Positions 54,144 to 61,339 of a stretch of 64,000 nucleotides of DNA are shown here, one piece after another. Under the pieces are notes generated by a model. The model saw only the letters and a program-made list of their open reading frames with translations. It made no database searches and was not told where the DNA came from. Both the position numbers and the translations under genes were made by a program. This stretch comes from a virus, in the IMG/VR virus record IMGVR_UViG_3300031414_000008, positions 118,633-182,632 of that record. One strand, written 5' to 3'. How positions within the stretch are numbered: the first letter of the stretch is position 1; each line of letters begins with the position of its first letter.

Positions 54144-55308
54144 TGTTCACCTCGTTCGCCTTGATGTTCAGCTTGCCGACGGTCATGTTGGCCGTACCGC
54201 CACCGGATGCAGACGTGAAGTTCAACCCGCCGCCGGCACCGAAGTTCATCGATCCGCCAGATTGGAAATCCATCTGCCCACCGGCCTTCAGAAGCATGTC
54301 AGCAGTACATTCCATCACGATTTTCCCGGAACGCGGGATAGTGATCTTCCCTTGGCCACCGGCGTCGATGATAATCCCGTCCTTGTTGGCATCGAGCTTG
54401 ATGTCATTGGCCACGTCGAGGTGGATCGAGGTCTCGTTCATGTTGAAGTACGTAGTGTCGCCACCATGTACCTTCGTGAATTTTCCCGTGATCGTCGTGT
54501 CCGATTCAACGGTCGAACCACCAGTGGTCACGAGCTCATGCTTACGTCCGTTGGCGTATTCCGTCTGCTGAGAGGTCATGGTGCCTCCGTCATCGAAGGT
54601 CTGGCGACGGGCAATCCCACCGGCATCCCCTACCGCCCCGGCGTTACCGCGAACTTCACGCATCGACGGCAATTCAGAACGGGCCCGGGCGGACGTTGGG
54701 TAGAACTCATGGACCGAAGACACGGCGCCACCTGAGGAAATCTTCCGGATGGAGTCCACGTCAGTGTAGTGCTCCCAGTTACGGGTCACCAGGCGCCCCA
54801 GGTCATCGAACGGTGAGAGCATGAAGAGAGCGGTCGGTGAGGCCTTGGCCAGGACGGTCCCGGCACGCATCAACGAAATCATCCCGCCGCCGTGAGACGT
54901 CCAGGAACGGTCACCCACACGCTGATCGGCAGGCATCGATTGGTCGCCCGAGACGGAGTCGGACTGTGCGGTAGAGAAGTTAGCGAGCTCTTCAGGTGCC
55001 ACGCCCTGTTGACCTAGCGCCGGGCCGACGGCCTTGGCGTTATCGTTGGTGAGCACCGGTACATACCCGAAGATCCAATGTTGGTTACCCGGAAGCTTCA
55101 TGATCATGACGCGGTCCTGCTCGCTCGGGCCGGAGTTGTCACCGTAAGAGTTGGCCCCGCCCGCATTTTTTAGCCAGCGTACGCCGTTGATTGTCTGCCC
55201 TGTGTCCGTGCGGACCTTACACGCTGAACGTTTCAGGTCAACGCCTGCGACATAGGCTTCAAAGAATACTGCCCCGGCGCCGCCGGGTTGTCTTGCTACG
55301 TTAAACAT
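54136..55308 (-). CDS. baseplate central spike (gp5/gpV/VgrG-C-like)
   Basis: N-terminal OB-like segment (V.VDL....C.V, P...DRV.I), C-terminal beta-strand repeats; adjacent to PAAR. Confidence 0.8.
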   Translation of the reverse strand: MFNVARQPGGAGAVFFEAYVAGVDLKRSACKVRTDTGQTINGVRWLKNAGGANSYGDNSGPSEQDRVMIMKLPGNQHWIFGYVPVLTNDNAKAVGPALGQQGVAPEELANFSTAQSDSVSGDQSMPADQRVGDRSWTSHGGGMISLMRAGTVLAKASPTALFMLSPFDDLGRLVTRNWEHYTDVDSIRKISSGGAVSSVHEFYPTSARARSELPSMREVRGNAGAVGDAGGIARRQTFDDGGTMTSQQTEYANGRKHELVTTGGSTVESDTTITGKFTKVHGGDTTYFNMNETSIHLDVANDIKLDANKDGIIIDAGGQGKITIPRSGKIVMECTADMLLKAGGQMDFQSGGSMNFGAGGGLNFTSASGGGTANMTVGKLNIKANEVNID

Positions 55309-55322
55309 GAATTTTCTCCATT

Positions 55323-55346
55323 AAAAAAGGGCCCGGAGGCCCTTTT
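55323..55346 (-). terminator. terminator after tail tube (bidirectional-type)
   Basis: aaaaaagggcc-cgga-ggcccttt. Confidence 0.85.
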
Positions 55347-55347
55347 C

Positions 55348-56040
55348 TTACTGCAGGTCGACTGGGACCGCTCGGTCGAACTGAATCGAGACGTTCTCGG
55401 CGATGACCGGTGCTGATGACTGAACGTTGAACTGCCATCCGTCCAGCATGCAGTACTCAAGGTACGCCGCACCCAGGATTTTACCGCGGAGGCCAGAAGC
55501 CCCTTCAGAACCCTTGGTCTTGAACAGCATCAGCATACCGAATGGCACGGCCAGCTGTTCAGAGTCCATGTTCAGGAACAGGTTGGACACACCGGCAGAT
55601 TTGGTACCGCGGGCATCCAGGGTGTACTTACCAGCTTCCAGAGAAGAGGCGTTGTACGCTTCCTGAGTCAGTGCTTTCAGCATGTTCTGCTGGTCAGCCA
55701 GCATAGAAGAGATCTGGATCTGGCTGATCGTCTTACCACGGGTGAAGAACGAACGGTTAGAACCGATTTCGAACATACGCTGCAGCTGTGCAGATGCTGA
55801 GAAGGAGAACCCATCGATCAGACCGATTGGGTGCAGCTTCTTAGTGTCGGAGCCGATACCGGTGAAACGAGCCGGGCCTGCGAACAGGATGGTCGTGTCA
55901 GGGGTAGCAGAGCCCTGGGAGAAACGTTCGAGACCGTCACCTGATGCGAGACCATCGACGTACTCACCTTTCCAGTCCCACGCGGCCGATAGGCCTTCGT
56001 TGTCGGTAGCGACGCCTAACGCGTCATTTGGAGTAGCCAT
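55348..56040 (-). CDS. tail tube protein
   Basis: PIGLIDGFSFS...QLQRMFEIGS.RSFFT.GKT; follows sheath. Confidence 0.85.
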   Translation of the reverse strand: MATPNDALGVATDNEGLSAAWDWKGEYVDGLASGDGLERFSQGSATPDTTILFAGPARFTGIGSDTKKLHPIGLIDGFSFSASAQLQRMFEIGSNRSFFTRGKTISQIQISSMLADQQNMLKALTQEAYNASSLEAGKYTLDARGTKSAGVSNLFLNMDSEQLAVPFGMLMLFKTKGSEGASGLRGKILGAAYLEYCMLDGWQFNVQSSAPVIAENVSIQFDRAVPVDLQ

Positions 56041-56057
56041 TACTTATTCCTCTTGTT

Positions 56058-56077
56058 AAAAGGGGCCGAAGCCCCTT
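56058..56077 (-). terminator. hairpin/terminator between sheath and tube
   Basis: − strand aggggc-ttcg-gcccctttt. Confidence 0.75.
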
Positions 56078-56080
56078 CGA

Positions 56081-58201
56081 TTAGATCACCAGGTGAACGT
56101 CGGTGTAGTTGTTCGGATCAACGATCGCGATGTTCATTTTCAGCTGGATCTTGTCTTTCATCGTCGTGTCCTGAGCCAGTTGAGCGATCTCGTAGGACAC
56201 CAGTGGTGCACCGATACGAGGAAGCTTTTGAGTCTTCAGGTTTTCAGATGCAGAGATCACAGTCTGACGGATAACACGCAGGGTGTCGTCCACGATGTTC
56301 CACTGACCGATGAACGGAGTCAGAATGTCGTGGTAGAAGTAGGACAGGTAGTCCCAGTTCTTCACCTTCAGGAGTTCGCGGTACTCCAGCACAGACATAT
56401 CTGTAGTCAGTTCATGACGGCAGTACGGCGCTGCAGACTGAGTGTCCTGCACGAAGATCATCGTACCGGCCGCAGCCATGGTGTTCAGATCGTCTTTGGA
56501 GAAGTAGAAGTTACTTCCCTGCAGAGAGTCAATGCCCGCAAGCGTCAGGTTGGTCAGACCCTGTTGAACCGGGAAACCAGCCACGCAACCAGCCACCGCA
56601 GCCGCCAGGTAGTACGAAGGCAGGTACTTGATCACAGAGTTTTCAGTGATACCAACCAGGCAAGGCATCACGTGAATGATACGCTTGTCGTTGAACGTCG
56701 AAGAGATTGCCGCGATGTTCTTCGCCTTAGAGGCGTTGTCCAGGTTACGCAGGATCTCGAACTTCGTCACGTTGGTTTCGATCTCTGGGATGTACCCAGT
56801 TTCGCCGCTCAGACCCGCTTTCACACCGATAGTGGTGTTCGAGTAGATGGTGTCCAGCTTGAACGTACCCTGGATCGCAGCGTCGTCAGCGGTGATGATC
56901 GAAATCATGTCGCCTGGCTGGATACCGTCGTTCAGGAAGGTCTCCCCGTCCACTTTCAGGATCATGTTGTGACGACCAGCAGAGTCACCAACGGAGCTCT
57001 TCTTGATCGGGAACTGCCCTTCGAACGATCCCAGGGTCAGCACATCTGATGGGTCAGAAGACACGATACCGATACGCCATGACGCGGTTTCCGGATCGGA
57101 CATCAGATCAACGTGTGCCTTAACCATGGTCAGCACTTCCATCTTCGAGGTCAGCGGAACGATAGAGTACAGACGTTCGTTCTGGATCAGCTGCAGGGCA
57201 GTTGCGTACGCATCAACGGAATCTTCTTCGATCGCTACAGCACGGATGCTCGTAGTGGTGTTCTTCAGGGCCAGGTTAACGCCCAGCGCCAGCGGGTTAG
57301 TGCTGGTTGCTTCGCCCAGTTTTGACACCAGGTCGCCGGCAGTCTGCTCGATCGTCATGATCTCACGGGACTTATCGGTACGCAGTGCACGGTAACCGAT
57401 GTAGGTCTGAACTGGCTTGCCGTTCGCTGACTGGGAAGGTGCACGCAGGGTGTACGAACCGTCGCCCGCTACTGGGGTGTTCAGGATCTGGTACTGGTTG
57501 GAGATCTTCAGGATCTCTTGGCCCAGCAGAACCTGTGAAACGTCAACGTCCGCCGCGTTTACACGGAAGATGTTCAGTTCCAGGCCGGTGAACAGACGGT
57601 ACACTTCGAAGGTGATCGGCTTAGATCCGCCCAGGACGTCCAGAGAGTCAGTGACGCTCAGGGTCATAGTGGTGCCAACCAGCTTAACTGAAGAGATTGT
57701 GGTCTCAACAGTGATGGTACCGTCGGAAGCGATCAGCAGGTCGCCTGAACGGACGTGTGGTCCTTTGTCACCGATCGCCAGCGGAGCCAGCGGGTTAGCG
57801 TCTGCGAAACCGAACTGTACAGCAGACACGTCAGCGTCGAACTGGGATGCAGTAGTCGGCTCAGCAAAGCTCAGCGACGGTTTGGTGAAAGCGTAGGTCT
57901 TCACCTGCACGTTCATCAGGTACAGACGAATGCTCTCGTCGTCGACCACTTTCTGGCCCGGATACGTGGAGTTGCCGTTGATGGCAATTTCCAGCATCTT
58001 ACGAGCTTCACCGGTTTCCAGCCAGTGATCAACGTCGGTCCCTTTGGCGTTCGCCAGCGACGTTTCGTCAGTCGGATCGATCTTGACCTCATTGTACAGA
58101 GGCCCGATGATTACCGTCTGAAGATCCGGCGTGACGCTCGCTGCACCACCAGAGTTTTCAAGCTCCTGGTAGACCGCGACACTAGGTTTTCTGTAAGCCA
58201 T
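56081..58201 (-). CDS. tail sheath protein
   Basis: MAYRKPSV.VYQE N-terminus; C-terminal R.IHV.P, YLAAAVAG, HELTTD...EYREL..VK.WDY. Confidence 0.92.
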   Translation of the reverse strand: MAYRKPSVAVYQELENSGGAASVTPDLQTVIIGPLYNEVKIDPTDETSLANAKGTDVDHWLETGEARKMLEIAINGNSTYPGQKVVDDESIRLYLMNVQVKTYAFTKPSLSFAEPTTASQFDADVSAVQFGFADANPLAPLAIGDKGPHVRSGDLLIASDGTITVETTISSVKLVGTTMTLSVTDSLDVLGGSKPITFEVYRLFTGLELNIFRVNAADVDVSQVLLGQEILKISNQYQILNTPVAGDGSYTLRAPSQSANGKPVQTYIGYRALRTDKSREIMTIEQTAGDLVSKLGEATSTNPLALGVNLALKNTTTSIRAVAIEEDSVDAYATALQLIQNERLYSIVPLTSKMEVLTMVKAHVDLMSDPETASWRIGIVSSDPSDVLTLGSFEGQFPIKKSSVGDSAGRHNMILKVDGETFLNDGIQPGDMISIITADDAAIQGTFKLDTIYSNTTIGVKAGLSGETGYIPEIETNVTKFEILRNLDNASKAKNIAAISSTFNDKRIIHVMPCLVGITENSVIKYLPSYYLAAAVAGCVAGFPVQQGLTNLTLAGIDSLQGSNFYFSKDDLNTMAAAGTMIFVQDTQSAAPYCRHELTTDMSVLEYRELLKVKNWDYLSYFYHDILTPFIGQWNIVDDTLRVIRQTVISASENLKTQKLPRIGAPLVSYEIAQLAQDTTMKDKIQLKMNIAIVDPNNYTDVHLVI

Positions 58202-58214
58202 TATGCTTTCCTCT

Positions 58215-58805
58215 TCATTTAGGGTTCATATTTACACGTACATCACCGACGATCTTCTTAAGGAGGATGGAATCTGGTGTATAGTTCCAGCGATCCTCAA
58301 CGATGTACGGTATCTGTACCTGTATTTTAAATTTCTCTTTGTCTTCCGTGTCCGCGTCACACTCAGAAATCATGATTGTGTGTCCGAAACGTTGGAAACC
58401 GAACTGCTCTTCGAACATGAGGCGGTTACGGGTAGTGAAACGACGAATCGCTTCCCCGAGCATCTCACAGGTCCCTTCTTGATCACACTCGATGATCACA
58501 GCAACTGAACCGTTCAGGTCCATACGGGAATGCTTCTTGGGTTCCTGCGGGGATCCGCTGACCAACTCTCCGCTGTTGTTAATGAACTGAACGCTTTGCT
58601 GTACGCCACCACGCTTCAAGAGAATACGCGGCATCTTCTGGTTCGGTTCATTGGAGTAGGGGTCATTGACGGTACCGATCCAGATTTTACTCTGCTTCGG
58701 GTCTTCGTCCCACGTTAAATCTGGCCCGCCATTCTGGGCGAACCAGACTCGAAGGCAATCACGGTACATGCTCACCGTAGTGAGAGGCGTGAAGTTAATT
58801 GCCAT
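58215..58805 (-). CDS. tail terminator/completion protein
   Basis: position before sheath; PRILLKRGG motif. Confidence 0.65.
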   Translation of the reverse strand: MAINFTPLTTVSMYRDCLRVWFAQNGGPDLTWDEDPKQSKIWIGTVNDPYSNEPNQKMPRILLKRGGVQQSVQFINNSGELVSGSPQEPKKHSRMDLNGSVAVIIECDQEGTCEMLGEAIRRFTTRNRLMFEEQFGFQRFGHTIMISECDADTEDKEKFKIQVQIPYIVEDRWNYTPDSILLKKIVGDVRVNMNPK

Positions 58806-59001
58806 TTAGATGATCTCGATGATTTTCATTAGATAAGCTCCGTTGAGATGAAGTCAGGGTGTTCATCAAACCCGTCGAATTCGTCAAACATTAACCTTCT
58901 CCCCAACCGACCAGATCTGGACGCTCGTCGCACACGCCCCAATCCTCTTCCTGACGGATACCTTCGCCGTAGCCAATGAATGCCCAATTCTCTTCCATCA
59001 T
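58806..59001 (-). other. chain of three translationally coupled micro-ORFs (36, 20 and 7 aa)
   Basis: 59001-58891, 58891-58829, 58829-58806 joined by TAATG overlaps; gaggtg RBS at the start. Confidence 0.55.
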
Positions 59002-59009
59002 TTTACACC

Positions 59010-59900
59010 TCACTTGTGGATATGCTTTGGTCTTTCACGTAATTCTGACCATCCGCCACGCTGAAGCAAGCGGTTCTCGATCGATGTCTTTGACAGCTGG
59101 GTCAATTTGAAGATTTGACGCTGCGGCACAGTCATGATCGTCGTATTTTGTGTCATCTCGACACGGAACACCGTGAAATCAGTTAACCGGATGATGATAT
59201 CATGCGGCTTGATCGTTGGGTAGTTCATCGTCCAGGCCATCACCTGGTTTGGCTCATACTTACCGAAGTAGGTATTGCTCTTCGTACCGGCCCACTGGTT
59301 GAACTGCATCAGGGTGGAGATGCCCTTGTAGAAACCACCTTCATAGGAAGTTCCGAAGCAGTGCTCACAGTGATCACGGGTCGTCTTCTCATTTTTAGCG
59401 TCCCAGCAGTACGAACAACGGGTGCCGTACTCTTTGCGACGGAACACTACGCAGTCCACTCCGTAGAACTTGTCGAGCATGATCCACTCACGACGAGTGA
59501 TCTCTTTCCAACGGAGGAATTGCCACTTGGGAAGACGGTTCCCGATCACCTGTGGTGCCGACTTCAGGATCCGCCCATCGGAGAGCATAACCTGAAGGAC
59601 ATAAAACTCCCGCCCGAACTTCGAGGAATCGAAGGTGTTGGTGACGGTCACGAAAGGCTCCGAGGACCACTGTGCCGTGACTTCACGGAACGGGCCCTCT
59701 TCGTTCTCCGAGACCGCCACACGGAACTTAGGATTCAGGGCAAGCATCTCGCCCGGAACTTCCCAGTCCATTCGGATGGAGTCAAACCAGTTGGGGAAGA
59801 AGTTGATCCGGACGTCGAAGTATCCCAGTTCATCACCGACGATCGTTGTGACTTCAGTGAAACCGGTAAAGTTAAGCCATGATACTCCAATCGGGAACAT
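59010..59900 (-). CDS. neck/head-closure protein (FnIII-like N-terminus, CxxC pairs)
   Basis: RCSYCWD....RDHCEHCFGTSYEGGF; position in neck module. Confidence 0.7.
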   Translation of the reverse strand: MFPIGVSWLNFTGFTEVTTIVGDELGYFDVRINFFPNWFDSIRMDWEVPGEMLALNPKFRVAVSENEEGPFREVTAQWSSEPFVTVTNTFDSSKFGREFYVLQVMLSDGRILKSAPQVIGNRLPKWQFLRWKEITRREWIMLDKFYGVDCVVFRRKEYGTRCSYCWDAKNEKTTRDHCEHCFGTSYEGGFYKGISTLMQFNQWAGTKSNTYFGKYEPNQVMAWTMNYPTIKPHDIIIRLTDFTVFRVEMTQNTTIMTVPQRQIFKLTQLSKTSIENRLLQRGGWSELRERPKHIHK

Positions 59901-59903
59901 ATA

Positions 59904-60341
59904 TCACCACGCTGGGAAGGTTGCATAGTCAGAACGGACGCTTTCCCAACCAGATTCCAGGTTGATCTGGATCTTGACGGGTTTTGCCGCTGACTGGTAC
60001 ATCTGCTGATAGATCTGGGCCATCTGAGCGTAGTACGGGAAGCGTTCTTCGATCGGAATGTCCAGGCCACCATCACTATACGACATTGTGTTACGAGCCG
60101 CCAGTGCCATCAAGCCCAGGAAGAGCTGCCAGCACGTACCGTAGAGAAGCACTGCCTTGTACTCAAAGCCCACGAGGTTGAAGGTCGTCTTCGGAGGAAT
60201 GGCGTTGAAGTCACTCAGTGCCAGTTCCATCGACAGCTTAATGATCGCGTCAGGGTTCTCGATGTCGTCAAGCAGGTGGTTGTTATCTTTGGAGTCACGC
60301 AGGAAATCGCGGACGTCTTGCGGTGTTAAGTCTGCCATCAT
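59904..60341 (-). CDS. head-tail adaptor-like protein
   Basis: VRDFLRD....N.LLD, ALSDFN..PP, YSDGG... Confidence 0.7.
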   Translation of the reverse strand: MMADLTPQDVRDFLRDSKDNNHLLDDIENPDAIIKLSMELALSDFNAIPPKTTFNLVGFEYKAVLLYGTCWQLFLGLMALAARNTMSYSDGGLDIPIEERFPYYAQMAQIYQQMYQSAAKPVKIQINLESGWESVRSDYATFPAW

Positions 60342-60997
60342 TACTCCTTAGCGTCGTAGATCAGACCGGAGATCACATAGGATGCTTTCTCCATTTCATC
60401 GTTGACCTTCTGCAGGTCGAATTCTGCAGGATCAACACGCCAAGTGGCCATCAGGACCCCGATCATAGAGCTGTCATTCGGTGACTGCACGGGACACATC
60501 ATCGTACGGTTAGCTCCGTACTCTGCGAACTGTGCACGAGCCACTTCATGCGGACTGTCGAGGTTGATCATGACGCACTTGCCGTCCAGTAACGGGCCCC
60601 AGAGTCCGGCGAAGATTGACGTCGGGATGTTCTGAAACTCGAGTAACACACGGGTTAAACCGCGGTCATCTGACTCGTACGTACCCGACATGTAGGCAAA
60701 GCGGACACCGGTGGTGTTCTTCTTACCGTCATGGAGTTCGGCTACGAGCAGTCGGTCTGACCCGATTTTATCACGGAACGAATCCATCACCGGGGTGATC
60801 TTGTCGTCCGCCTGCAGGCGTTTAGCCAGGGATGAGTAATACTCAGAGTTACCGGTCAGGTAGAGGCTCGTCGCTTGGTACACGATGGCGCCCCCGGAGA
60901 TCAGCAGCAAGAGTGTGATACTCATAAAGAATCTCTTCCAGGAATCGGTCATTGCGATGATCGACCGGAAGATCGCTTGGATCTTAGTAAGAAACAT
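60341..60997 (-). CDS. T4 gpT-like holin candidate (single TM plus GAF-like periplasmic domain)
   Basis: one N-terminal TM; SDR..VAELHDG, S..YE, QNIP.S.F pattern. Confidence 0.5.
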   Translation of the reverse strand: MFLTKIQAIFRSIIAMTDSWKRFFMSITLLLLISGGAIVYQATSLYLTGNSEYYSSLAKRLQADDKITPVMDSFRDKIGSDRLLVAELHDGKKNTTGVRFAYMSGTYESDDRGLTRVLLEFQNIPTSIFAGLWGPLLDGKCVMINLDSPHEVARAQFAEYGANRTMMCPVQSPNDSSMIGVLMATWRVDPAEFDLQKVNDEMEKASYVISGLIYDAKE

Positions 60998-61310
60998 AGT
61001 AAGGTCCTTGTCGTTGTTTTCTACGCTCACGAAGCAGGAGGGCACTACCTCCGGTGATGGTCGCAGCGCGAGCCATGTGTGTCTTTACGCGTTCCTTCGC
61101 GAAGGCCTGACGTTGTGCAGCGGTGCCATATCTTTCTACCATCCGTTTCATGATTTTACTGTCAGGAGAAATCTTCCCGAGAGCTCGATGAAGTATCGGA
61201 TTGTGGTGTGCTTTTAGTGCATCGATCGCATTGCCGCCAGCGACAGTGTTAACGACTTTGATCGGGATCTCTCCGATTTTCTTAACCAGGGGGTTCATAG
61301 GCAGCTCCAT
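60984..61310 (-). CDS. basic hypothetical protein
   Basis: 108 aa, starts just after terminator. Confidence 0.65.
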   Translation of the reverse strand: MELPMNPLVKKIGEIPIKVVNTVAGGNAIDALKAHHNPILHRALGKISPDSKIMKRMVERYGTAAQRQAFAKERVKTHMARAATITGGSALLLRERRKQRQGPYYVSY

Positions 61311-61311
61311 T

Positions 61312-61333
61312 AAAAAAGGCCCCGTAGGGCCTT
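61312..61333 (-). terminator. Rho-independent terminator
   Basis: − strand aaggccc-tac-gggcctttttt. Confidence 0.85.
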
Positions 61334-61339
61334 AGAATT

